Position numbers and translations under genes: made by a program. From NCBI GenBank assembly GCA_965113315.1, contig OZ220367.1: a stretch of DNA of 64,000 bases; one strand, given 5' to 3'. Under the pieces are notes generated by a model. That model made no database searches. It saw only the letters and a list, made by a program, of their open reading frames with translations, and was not told where the DNA came from. Position 1 is the stretch's first letter. Every line of letters starts with the position of its first letter. The stretch is from Podarcis vaucheri. Taxonomy: Eukaryota. Positions 1 through 11,916 of this stretch are shown here, piece after piece.

Positions 1-2300
1 ATCAGCATTAGACCAAGAACACAAATGCAGGGCATAACCTTAAAAACCTTAACTGCAACAAGACATGGCCAGAGAGTCCACAGAAGGGAGGTATCCGGCC
101 ATTTGGGAGTAAAAAAAAAAAAATGTCATTTGGGAGTAAGAACAGAAAACACTTCAGTGAATAATTTGGGTCTGCATTATATATCTTCAGGGTCTATGTT
201 TCAGTGGCACAAAAAGTTGTGCAAAAACGGCCAAGTGAATCCTGAACAATTCACCATCTCCCCAAACACTGCAGAAGTTCTTGCCACACTTGTCCTGATT
301 AAATGAAGAGACTGACAAAAGCACGAGAGCTATAGTTGTGGCTGTTACACCTGTGCATCTGCTCATGTTTTGTGCATATTTTTATTTCAGTATTTTGATT
401 TGAGCAAAAGAACCCTCATGAAAAAAGTGGAAGGAGGCAAGCAGAAACCAAATACGGTAGGTTTAGACAGAGTTGAACAACGTTTATCGGTTCTTGATGT
501 AAGAATGCACACTCCTCATGAGATCCAAAATATTACAAATCATATAATGTAATTTTAAAATACAGTATGATTGTCATATTTTTTAACTTTTCTATTTAGA
601 TCACGTATTTAGATATTCTTCTTTATTTTTTCCCCATTTAAATATGGTATGCTTTATAAAACTGGGGGGGGGGGATGAAAAATCCTCATCGTGTTTTGGG
701 CTGGTAATTCTCATGGATAGGTAGGAAAGTTATGCATATCACAGAAGTTATGCATATGGAAAGGGAAATTTAATCACATGTTTTTGAGGGGGGGGCTAAG
801 GTATTCGCGATCAATATTGTTCAGGTGTTTTCTGCTGTCAAATACTAGTGCATCATCCTATCAGCAGTGTATTAAAAGACCCACAGTGTACAAGGAGTAG
901 CTTTCTTGTTTTATTCCTAGGGAAAATGGCAACATACATATTAAGTCACTATGAGCATTAAAGGCAATTAAGCTAAACTGATCTGAACGAGTCTGATCTC
1001 TTTAAGATACAGCATGTGAAAGCTTTATCTTCTTGCCTTTTCCCCTCTTTGTGCGGTGTACAGTGCTCAAGATTAATCCCAGGGGGTTTTTTATTTTATT
1101 TTATTTTGTTTTGTTTTATTTCCTATTCTACCTATCTTTCATCTTCACCCCTAGACTAAGCAGATGGATGTGAATTCAAAGTTTTCTGATCTTTAGCACA
1201 AGTTATGGAGGGTTATCTTTGACTGTATATCTTTCTGCTGGCAGCGCTCCCTTGGTGATGAAGGATTAACCACCACAGCTGTCTCTTCCCAGAATGATGC
1301 AGTGCAGTTCTCCTCGACACGACAGCATCACTTAATCTTAATGTCCACTCTTCCAGTGCAGCCACGCAGGACAAAGCCAATCAACATCAGATGCCACCAA
1401 GATGGACCTACTGCTTGGCCCTGGAGTCTTTCACCCTCACACACCTATTAATCAACATCATCCAGCCCAATCCCAGAGTTTGGTTCTCGGAAACTACACT
1501 TAAAATTAAGCAAGGGTGTATGTTTTCGGTCAGAGGTGCTTTTTTTAAGGGACTATGCATATGAACTGAACTTACCAAACGTTTAATCCAAGAAATAATT
1601 ACTTTTCTCCCAAGAAGTTTATCTGTATGGGCTTTGGTCTGCTATTTTTTACTTTTTTAAAAAAATATATACCCAGTAATTTTGTGCATGCATAATCCGA
1701 CAGTTGTGACACATGCACATATTTAGTATTTATGACCTCATGGCATGAAATACTTGAAGAGGGATAATAACTGTCTCAAACTGTGAAGTTTTTATGAGGA
1801 TTCCTATTTGACTAACATGTAAAAAGGATAAATTTAGACACCCGAACTCTGTTCTGAAAACCGGAACAGCTATTTTCAACAGCACAATATGGTAAATGAC
1901 AACAACAACAACAACGAGTATAGTGAGTTTTCTAGTGTTTAGAGCATTACTTTGTTATACGTATTCCAGCAAGCCTGTAACGTAGACCAAATGTACCCAC
2001 TCCATATTGAAAAGGAAGGTGTTGGAGAGAAGAGTGTCTTGTCCATGGACACTTTGGGAGTTTGTGACAAAGGTGACATTTGAACTGGAGACTTCCTGAT
2101 TCATACCTCAGTCTCTTAGACACTGTACTAATAGTGCTTATCTTGTTGAGACTCATCCTTTGCTACTTTAACTTATCCTATGCAGACTTGCTTGCTACTT
2201 TTACTTGGACTCTAATTACAAAGCAATTATAATTTAGTGCCTTCCCTTTTCTTCCGATACAAATAAACCAACAAAGTCCTCAAAGGCAAATGCAATAAAA

Positions 2301-2432
2301 NNNNNNNNNNNNNNNNNNNNNNNNNNNNNNNNNNNNNNNNNNNNNNNNNNNNNNNNNNNNNNNNNNNNNNNNNNNNNNNNNNNNNNNNNNNNNNNNNNNN
2401 NNNNNNNNNNNNNNNNNNNNNNNNNNNNNNNN
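2301..2432. other. N-run (132 nt), assembly gap or hard-masked block
   Basis: Run of N in unique AT-rich flanks. Confidence 0.95.
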
Positions 2433-3314
2433 ATAAGAAACCCTCTTGTGTACTATATATGCAGCAACTACTCATGATTTATAATACCCAATTTGGGGAG
2501 GGGGGAACACACACACAACTAAACCTGATTTAAATCACAGATTACTCTGTAAAACACAAGCAAGGAACTATTCCAAATCCTAAATGTAATTTAAACATAT
2601 TTATATTTTACAGTGATGTATTTTCCCCTTTCCTTGTCTTACAACTGTAAACTTTATGTAATTATATAAGCAATTTCCCTGAGGTCACAACATTGATCAC
2701 AGTAATATATGGTTCAACTATTACAAAACAACAGCCAGCTATAAAATATCACTGGACATCACTACAGAGTATATGCAATAAATGCAAGACTGGGGTGCAC
2801 AAACACATACATTCCCAACAAGGCACTTTAAGTAGTATACATGATTCTTTTTCTACCTCAAAGCACCCCGATCCATGATGAAGATTAGATATTAATATCA
2901 GGGAAGGGAGAAAAGAGTAGAATAATAAGAGGATCGTGGAAAATGGTAATGGGGACACCAGAAAGTTTACCAAAAATCATTTATCTGCTTTAATCAGTAT
3001 TATTTCAATGCAACCACACCAAACCAAGTAAATTGGCCACTGAATCAGTAAATTCCATAGCAGGGCAGTACTTTTTTTTTTTTTTAAGCCAAGCAAAAGT
3101 GTCCACAAAATGGAGCAAGCTTTAGAGTTCATCAGGTGGGGTGTGCAAGGTGGGGAGAAGGGAGGCCATTCTAGATTGCTGAAGAAGATTGTCAGGTCTT
3201 AGTGTACTACCTAATGCAAACCAATGTAATTTATGAGCCCTGATAACATTTGGCATCCTGTGCAACTTGACTGATATTCCAGCTGCCTGGAACACCTTCA
3301 CTCCTCCAACTCTA

Positions 3315-3581
3315 GAAGAAGAAGAAGAAGAAGAAGAAGAAGAGTTTGGATTTGATATCCCGCCTTTCACTCCCTTTAAGAAGTCTCAAAGCAGCTAACA
3401 TTCTCCTTTCCCTTCCTCCCCCACAACAAACACACTGTGAGGTGAGTGGGGCTGAGAGACTTCAAAGAAGTGTGACTGGCCCAAGGTCACCCAGCAGCTG
3501 CATGTGGAGGAGCGGAGACGCGAACCCGGTTCCCCAGATAACGAGACTACCGCTCTTAACCACTACACCATACTGGCTCTA
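3315..3581 (-). mobile_element. tRNA-derived SINE, Squam2-like, with (CTT)n tail and 9-bp TSD
   Basis: Minus strand has A box TGGTGTAGTGG and B-box-like GGTTCGCGTCTCC, a MIR/CORE-like body (cccaaggtcacccagc on +) and a (GAA)n tail on +. CCAACTCTA is duplicated at 3306-3314 and 3582-3590. Confidence 0.85.
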
Positions 3582-4769
3582 CCAACTCTACCACTCCCAA
3601 GCACCAAACAATTTTCAGCACAAACCTGATCATGAAATAGTATGGCTGCCTGAAGAAAGCAGGCAGAGGCAGCCCTTCTCCCTCTTTTCATGTACACCTT
3701 CTCCTCCTTGAGGAGGCTGGTCCCTTCCAATGCTACTTTGTGCCTGGGCCGGGAGGTGGGATTTATTTAAATAGAAAGTCAGCTGACACTCACGTCAGAC
3801 CAGGGGCATGGGGGGGCCTACCAAGGTGATTGCCCCAGCTGCATTGGGGGGGGCACTGCTCACGCTGTTGTTTTGTGACGCTGGGATCTAATGAGCCCCA
3901 GGCGTTATTAAAGCACACTCCACTACTGCTTCCAACAAAAGGGGCAGCACAAGTGTGCATGTAGTGGCTCCTTTGACTGGCCACTGCAATTGGTGCAATT
4001 GCGGAGGCAGAGAGGAAACCTTGTTTGGTGTGCCTTCCCACCCTTTGCTCTGACTGTTGGTTTGTTTGTTTCAAGCTGGGGCGTCTATTTCCATTTCCAT
4101 TGCTTTCTGGCCATTTACTTTGTTATTTTCTATCTGCTACATGATCCTGTTTTTCACCCCATTTCCTCTTCCTTTTGTATTTTCTCCTCAACTTCCTCTC
4201 CTTTTCTCTTCCTCTCCACTTTCCACTGTAATTTCTGCCAGTCTTTCTCCTCATTTTCATTTTTCTTCATAAGTCCACTATTAAAGGGTGTGGTGGTGGT
4301 GTGTGTTAGGGAGTGATATACAAAATAATTATATGTAAGTCTCATTTCAGGTTCCATTGGGTGGAATAGAGCTTAAGCCTCATTAAGTAGGCATAAGATT
4401 GAAGCCTTAGAGATGGAAGGGCACAGTAGCAGATGAAGGCAAGAAACAAACCAGCAGGGTGACTGGTGTAACAATATCTTCTTAACAAGCACGTGAAAGA
4501 GAGACACACCTACACCCACAATCCCCATGAAGTATACAAGGCCAAAAAATCCAGTTGGCAACCTTGTGGCAGAGTGTATGGCATTGTGTGTGTGTATTTC
4601 TATTCACTGGGTCACAAAAACAAATGTGGTTACAAGGCAGAGTGTAGGAAAACACACTGCCTGCCCTTACTGCTTTGACAAATACAAACTGCATTTTAAG
4701 TATCTGCTGCTGTGAATATATCAGTCATAAAATCTCCTTTAAAGGAGCATTGCTTTTAGACGTATGTCT

Positions 4770-4858
4770 GAGGTTGCAAGTCTATGCACACTTATTTGGA
4801 AATAACTCCAGTTGGACTTAGTGAGCTGTCCAAATAAACATGCAAAGAATCATGCTCC
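4770..4858. mobile_element. Degenerate short palindromic squamate repeat
   Basis: Resembles the recalled ggctgcaatcctatacacacttac...catgcataggattgc family; heavily diverged. Confidence 0.4.
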
Positions 4859-5114
4859 AAGTTTTTTAGGTGTACTACACCTAAAAATGAAGTTATTAAA
4901 ATGACGTTTGAAAATGCAGGCATAAACACTGGACAAACAACCAAAGTTGCATGTGGCTCTCTGCTGATTCTACACCCTGTTGAACATTAGTTCTAGAATA
5001 TTTCTAGGTATCAACATATCAGCATCAAGCTACATATCAACATTTGCCTGCCTCCCAATTCCACAACAGTTTCCCTATTATCCATGGATTTTCAAAAATT
5101 ACAGTGAATTGCAT

Positions 5115-5226
5115 TACACTAACTCCTATTCAGAGCAGACCCAGTGAAGTTAATGAACCCAAGTTAGTCATGTTTATTAACTTCAGTGGATCTACTCTGG
5201 GTAGGACTGACACTGAATACCACCCA
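5115..5226. mobile_element. Short palindromic MITE-like repeat (copy 1)
   Basis: 34-nt arms at 5125-5158 and 5172-5205 with 28/34 complementarity; related copy at about 56040. Confidence 0.7.
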
Positions 5227-6604
5227 ACCTGGGGCTCAGATTATAATGGGAAGGTCTTTTAGTACCTTAAAACACAGTTTGTCGGATTCATTTAGAGTGG
5301 CCGGGGCCACCTCTTCATCTATTGTGGGCTGCAACTAACTTCCTCCATAATTTGATCTATTTTTTCCCATGCAAAGCACTTTCCCTTGGTATAAAATTTA
5401 TTGTTTCTCAAGAGGACAATTTGCTAAAAGACAATTATAAAACTTAAAAATTTGTCTGTAAATATCCTTTAGAGGGTGGTCTGTTTGCATAAAGGGGTGG
5501 ATTATTTTCTGGAACTTTCCTGATCACACAACTCCACAATTTTCAAGCTGAGATGGGAGAATTATCTATCCTTAGAGTAGGTTAACTACTGAATTTCTGT
5601 GTGCATTGATGTTTTGAGTAGCACTAGCCCCAAACAAAAATTTCAGAGATTTGGGGAGAGAGATACATTGGGGGGGGGAGTTGAAAAAAATCTCTGTGTG
5701 TGTGTGTGTTTTAATAGAAGCTTGAAACTACCAGGAGCTACTGTTGATGGTAAGCCAGGCCTATATGTTCTCCCAGAATACAGCATTAGAATGACAATGT
5801 TTCATGAGGTAGCATCTTTCCAGCATTGCATCAGAGTGCCCTTGTGCATTCCTACCCTCTCCCTTGAGTTGAGGTCATGTCCCATATAGGGGCAGAGGGC
5901 AAGATAGATCAGTGCTGCACTGAGTGGTGGATGTATAAAAAACACGCCAAGTTTCCCTTTCCCGGGAAGCAGGATAAAATTTAATGAAGCAGGGTTGGGG
6001 AAAGAAAATTAACAGCACCAAGATGCCACAACACTCTTCGTTTATTATTAGACATTATTAATGAGGAAGAGGCAACATGGGTCTCGTCTTTTCAGTGGCA
6101 ACACTGAAATGTCTGCTTTCAGCCTCAGTGTCAGGGAGAAAAAGGAATGGGCAGGATGAGGTTGACAAGTGAACATCACAAGGCACACATATTACATCAG
6201 TATTCCAGAAACAGGTAAAGTAGCTATTTTGATGGCACTGACCTATTTTATAGCCACCCTACTGTCAAGTTTACTCAAAATTTCAATTAAAAATAAAGCA
6301 TCTTAGAAGATGGACATTATAAAATTTACATCATTTTCCTACTCAGCCCTCTCCAGTTTGAGCCTAGTAATTTATATGAGCTGCATGTTAGGTGTTAATA
6401 GAATTACACATATGATATAGTGGATGTTCTTATACAATCTGAACTATAATAAATTTTATAAATTCTGATTGCCGGTTACTCAAGCCATCAAAGCTCTGCC
6501 AACAATAGCCAGCAGAGGTCTATTACTGAAGTGGCATTAATATAGAAATCATCACCAATTCTAAGCAGATAATAAAGGACTGACATATTTATTATCATTA
6601 TTAA

Positions 6605-6784
6605 NNNNNNNNNNNNNNNNNNNNNNNNNNNNNNNNNNNNNNNNNNNNNNNNNNNNNNNNNNNNNNNNNNNNNNNNNNNNNNNNNNNNNNNNNNNNNNNN
6701 NNNNNNNNNNNNNNNNNNNNNNNNNNNNNNNNNNNNNNNNNNNNNNNNNNNNNNNNNNNNNNNNNNNNNNNNNNNNNNNNNNNN
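6605..6784. other. N-run (180 nt)
   Basis: Run of N; flanks are TAAT/ATTA-rich unique sequence. Confidence 0.95.
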
Positions 6785-7197
6785 CTCATTTAATTATGCT
6801 CAGACATAAAGCTTATGGAACAAGAGTTGAAATAGCTGATTAGTTAGGAAGTCACAGTAAGGCTGTAACACGAGGGATAGACAATGAGATAATAACGTTG
6901 AACATCTCGAGCTTTTGCTCAGGAATTTTCCTGGCAGATCCTATTAAAAAGAACAATGAAATGTGTAGGAGAAAATGTGTTATTTTAAAAAAATACAGAA
7001 GTTAAGGAGTCTTTTTTAAAAATGAAAGGGGGGGAACCATTAGCTGTCATTAGTATAAATAGGAAAAAGTTATGTTATTTAACCTAACATTTTTCTAATT
7101 GCACAATTATGCTAGGTGCCTGTGTCAGGATGGGGAGGTGGTGATGAGGTAGGGGGTTTAACTCATTGTCATAAGTGACAAAATCTAGTTTGTCAAG

Positions 7198-7241
7198 ACT
7201 AGATATTTGAATAGCATGACTAGGTATTTGAATAGCATGAA
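7198..7241. repeat. 21-bp tandem duplication
   Basis: GACTAG(A/G)TATTTGAATAGCAT x2. Confidence 0.85.
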
Positions 7242-7977
7242 TGACTGACACAGACTGACAATTAGCAACAACTGGCCTGAGATAGGGTTTTGGCCTGATG
7301 GTATTAGAGGTGACATTTTGACAGGCTCTATGCCCATGGTAAGGTCAGTCAAGAGAATGCCTTGGCTAACAGAATCAAGCCATTGGCAACCAAACAACCA
7401 AACTTAGAGTTTCAAGCCAAGCCCTTCAGCATTATGGAGAACTAACAGATCCACTATGAGAGATTAGAATAGAGAAGGTGCATTAGGGAGGAAATGTGTG
7501 AGATTATTAATGAATGTAATCTAAAGTTAACTGCCAATTGTGGTGCTGATCAGGGGGAAAAGGAATAGTTACATTTCTACTATTCCAGCTAAGACTGTTC
7601 TTCAGACACTTCTCATTTTTGGAGATTGCATGGCATTTCTGACCTTTGATCTCCAAAAGTAAAATCATTAAATCTGTGGTGCTCATTGATATGTCATCCT
7701 TTTTCAAAGAATAGTATTTACGTAACTACCAAATAAATCTATACAACATACCAGTTTAAGGTTTATAGTTTTTCTTACTGAAATGCACTGGTCAAGACAA
7801 AAGATCCAGTATGTTCTGGTTTATGTCATGTGAGAAATTCACTTTGAAAAGGCCCTAACATCTACATGAAGACACTGTCATATACATGAAGGATATCTGA
7901 AAACTCGGTAGCAAAATATAGTCGAGATGTAGGAAGTACAAAATTATGCCTAGTCCAGCTGTTTCCTACCCACATAA

Positions 7978-8042
7978 TTAAATTATTATTTATTACATTT
8001 GTATACCGCTCTATACCCGCAAGTCTCGGGCTGGTTCACAGG
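7978..8042 (-). mobile_element. L2-like LINE 3' tail
   Basis: Reverse complement tgtgaaccagcccgagac...gcggtatacaaatgtaataaataataa matches the + copy at 21230-21290. Confidence 0.6.
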
Positions 8043-8667
8043 ACCATTTCTAGGATGGTTTGGGTGCAGCTAGAGCTACTGCAATATTCCAATACTCCAC
8101 ATGGAACCTAAGCTTGGTTTAGGGGTTACGCATGTTTCCTTTTGTTTATACATTGCCTCTGCACAGTGTTAGAAATATGTGATTCAGCATTAAAAATATG
8201 GGATTCAGTAAAGTGTGCAGAGACAGGCAGCTCTCCTCAGCCTGAGGAGATCCTGCATGACAGTCGAGCCACAATGGTCGCTGTTGGAAAACGAAACAGA
8301 AACATTTTATTTCCTGCAAGCATACCAAATATGGCCACATTGTTTCTCCAGTAGAGATTCACAAGATTTATTCACATGTCCCTTTTAAAATTATTAAACA
8401 TTCATGTACAAAAGTGTATTCAACCTATATTGCTGGCCAAAGGAAGATATGGCCTTACATCTAAGAATGTCTGAAATGTGAAGCATTGCTTGCATATGTG
8501 TGCTATAAACATGAATATCTATGATGATATTTAATGCAAAGGTAAAAATTCAAAGATAGCAGGTGCCATCTTTTGGAAGCTTAGAAGGATACTGGTTTCA
8601 GTGTTTTAGAACTTTGGAAATGGCACACCAGTAAAGAAAAGTCTTAACATAGCTAAATACTACTTAC

Positions 8668-8705
8668 TGCACACACATGCCTTCAATATACTGGAAGGCT
8701 ATCCA
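8668..8705 (-). other. Candidate 38-nt internal exon
   Basis: Minus strand reads tttctgtgtctctgtgtctctctgtctctctttag|TGGATAG...GTGCA|gtaagt. Confidence 0.3.
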
Positions 8706-9429
8706 CTAAAGAGAGACAGAGAGACACAGAGACACAGAAATGTGGCAATCTTAATTAGGTTTCAATCTTGAGTTGTATACATAACCAGTTTCTAACACTG
8801 CACACTCCATTTTAGAATCTGACTTTGACTAGATTGTTATTAGCAGTGCTTTAGTAAGGAAGGAGCAATATGATTCTTCTCTGACAAGAAATACCAGCAT
8901 AATTTATTGCATTATTACTCCCCTGAACTGAAAGCAATTAATTACCTCCAGCAGGATGCACAAGTGAAAATTCATCAGAGGAAAGTGATGAAAAATGTAC
9001 CCACCACTTTAAAATAATAGGTGCTTAATAGCTTTTTTTGTTTGCTGGCTAATCTAGAGCATCTTATAAATGCCTCAGGATTGGTTATCTGCTGCAAAGC
9101 CAGATTTTCCCTTCTTCATATTACTCTATCATCTATAATCTTTTTGTAGGACAGGAAGAAAAATCTGCAACCTTCAACAACAGCAAAAACAAGAACACTT
9201 CATAAAATTAAACCTTTTTTTGCTACCATAAAATCCACACGCACAACACCCTTGTATGTATGTCTTTAAACCTATGTATATATTTATTGCCCCTGTTTGC
9301 ATGTAACTTTAACCCAAAGCATAGCTTAGAACTAACAAGCTAACACTGACTTCTGTAAAGATTATGATCCATTTTGTTCCTCCCTGGTCATTTTATAGCT
9401 GTACTACGCTAAGTTTTGGTAAGGCTTAA

Positions 9430-10320
9430 TGCATTTTCAAAACCCAGACTCATGGTTTAACTCTCTCAGACAAACCTTAAGCTGTAAACCATAGGGCAAA
9501 ACCTGCTTACAGCTCATGGTTTGCCTACAGAGATCTAAAGCACATTTTATAACAGAGACAGCTTTTAAATTCATAAGCAGCCTGGGGGAAGTTACAGCAC
9601 AGGCTCCCACCATCTTGCAGTAGAAACCAGATCTGTAATGAGATTGTGGACTTATCTGCGTATCTGTACTAAACTACACCCTTTTTCAGGTGTTACTTTC
9701 AAGTGTTAAGTGGACAAAATAGGGAGCAGCAGGGATGAACATGTTAACTCTGCCTCCTTCTCTTGCTACTTCAGTTGCCTTCCAACTGGTAGAAGCCAAC
9801 TGTATCAGCAGGGACCCTTTTGTATCTGAAGAGGCTCCCCATGCTTTTTAGGACACTGGGGGAAAATCAGCTGTGCTTTAAAAAGGTGGAATGGTAATTC
9901 TCATGGAGTTTTAAAACTTTGATTAGAGGTTTTAAATTTACTCCCACCTCTTTAGCTACAACAACTTCAAATATATCTCTGCACCCACATAGTCACTGCA
10001 CACGTAATAGTAAGCACCTGAAAACTATGGATTGCAAAACTGGAGGCCAGCTTTCAGCGTTCATGTTCTGCTCCCCTCTGCTTCTGTTTCCAGCATTATT
10101 GCTTCACATTTTAAGTGCACCAGTGTTAAACACTGGTTTCCAAACTCACTTCAACCTGTAGTTTCAGCCTCTGGTTTGTGAGGAAAATATGGATTGTGTT
10201 CCTGTACATGTAATATCAAATCATGGTTAATGCCAAGTAGGGAGAAAGACATTGTTCCAGAGAGGTCAGAAGACTTGTTCCAAAGAGTGGCTCCCAATTT
10301 ATAAACCATGGTTTGGAGGA
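9430..10320. mobile_element. Ancient AAACCATGGTTT-motif repeat remnants
   Basis: Repeated catggttt/aaaccat motifs at about 9451, 9515, 10202 and 10303; same motif family as 39600-39945. Confidence 0.35.
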
Positions 10321-10324
10321 ACTA

Positions 10325-10392
10325 GTGTTGGAATCAACCCCAGGCCTTTTTGCATTTGTAAATGAAAGCTTCTACTCTGGAGATTATAACAG
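10325..10392 (-). mobile_element. Decayed Squam3-like SINE head
   Basis: Weak match to the tRNA-derived head (tgcaaaaaggcctggggttgattcc on the minus strand). Confidence 0.35.
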
Positions 10393-10799
10393 TTCTGCAT
10401 TCAGTGCAAATGTGTGTTAACTCCATCACTTGCTCCATAAAGTCCACATCAGGTTAGACTTTATAACGCAATGTTCACCTCAAAACACTGCAAACATCTT
10501 CCTGATAGGGACAGAGGAAGAATGTTTCTATAATTCATAAAAATGTGACTGTGATGAAAAGATAAAAAAATAGGGAAACTCGTTGCATTTATTTTCTTCT
10601 TTTCACAATTATTCACATCGATATGATTCCGTAATTGTTTTTTCTATAAAGTTATTGGAGTAATTTTGTTCTATATATTCCTGATCAATTCCTCCTCTCA
10701 AGGGCACAGTTGAAAAGTGATATTTGAAAATGGCCCCTGATAGACTGCATGGTTAGTCAGCAGCAGAGACAAACAACCTAATCCAGCGCAAATTAGTTC

Positions 10800-10931
10800 N
10801 NNNNNNNNNNNNNNNNNNNNNNNNNNNNNNNNNNNNNNNNNNNNNNNNNNNNNNNNNNNNNNNNNNNNNNNNNNNNNNNNNNNNNNNNNNNNNNNNNNNN
10901 NNNNNNNNNNNNNNNNNNNNNNNNNNNNNNN
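10800..10931. other. N-run (132 nt)
   Basis: Run of N; flanked by TAATCC and the ATTTGCAAAT palindrome. Confidence 0.95.
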
Positions 10932-11774
10932 ATTTGCAAATCTGCTTTTTCAGCATTCTGTTAGCCACAAACAAACAGCACAGTATAATTGCTTCCTTTT
11001 TCTGCAATGGTATTTCTCTCATATAATACCATTTCTCTAGACTCTTAAAAAAAAAACAACAACCAACAACAACACAAGCAGAAGCTTTTAAAAATAATGC
11101 CAGCCAGAACTGCCACAGTCACTTATTTTTAACATTTGCAATACTGCAACACACAAGGCCTGGTTACAATTGCAGCCAGCTATACCGACAATTTACAGAC
11201 CTATTATAGATGGCATCTAGTGACTTTCCACAAATGAAAGGGGAGAAACTGACAAATATCTATTATAAAGTAAATTAACACACATTAAGACAAAGGTATT
11301 GCTCAAACACACTTTATCTATGTTTTATTGTGCAAGCTTAATTATTAGTTACGTTCATATCCCGCCTTTCCCTTCAAGGAATTCAAGAGCCCCTTATTAG
11401 TTCAGAAACAGCATACGGTTGTTATTCTACCTGCCTGCTTAATTGTATGCAAGATACATCTACATCTAACACTGGTATGAAAATAATAATGCATTATAAC
11501 TGTAATTATACTCAATGTTAGCCAAATAAATAAATTACAATTACCCTTTAAAGTTGCTAGTCACACTATTTGCTTTAAAATTAATTGCAGGTGCTCCTGA
11601 GTGCTTTATTATAGTCCCAAAGTTGTATATTTGAAAGAACAGTACAGATGATTCCTGTTTATTTGTTAAATTAAAGCTTTGTTGATAAAATTACAGTTTA
11701 ATTAATATTATGGGTACTGTATAGCAAAACAGCTTACCTTGTGCATAATTTATTTCCACACGCATATCTCAGTG

Positions 11775-11916
11775 NNNNNNNNNNNNNNNNNNNNNNNNNN
11801 NNNNNNNNNNNNNNNNNNNNNNNNNNNNNNNNNNNNNNNNNNNNNNNNNNNNNNNNNNNNNNNNNNNNNNNNNNNNNNNNNNNNNNNNNNNNNNNNNNNN
11901 NNNNNNNNNNNNNNNN
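11775..11916. other. N-run (142 nt)
   Basis: Run of N. Confidence 0.95.

Noticed and set aside
726-758. Short tandem duplications (AAGTTATGCATAT x2; also 39236-39284 and 43978-44015)
   Set aside because: Ordinary slippage duplications with no further structure.
3790-4360. Minus-strand K/E-rich ORF (EKDWQKLQWKVERKRK...)
   Set aside because: Purine-rich low complexity, interrupted by stops, with no splice signals or recognisable domain; possibly an unclassified TE relic.
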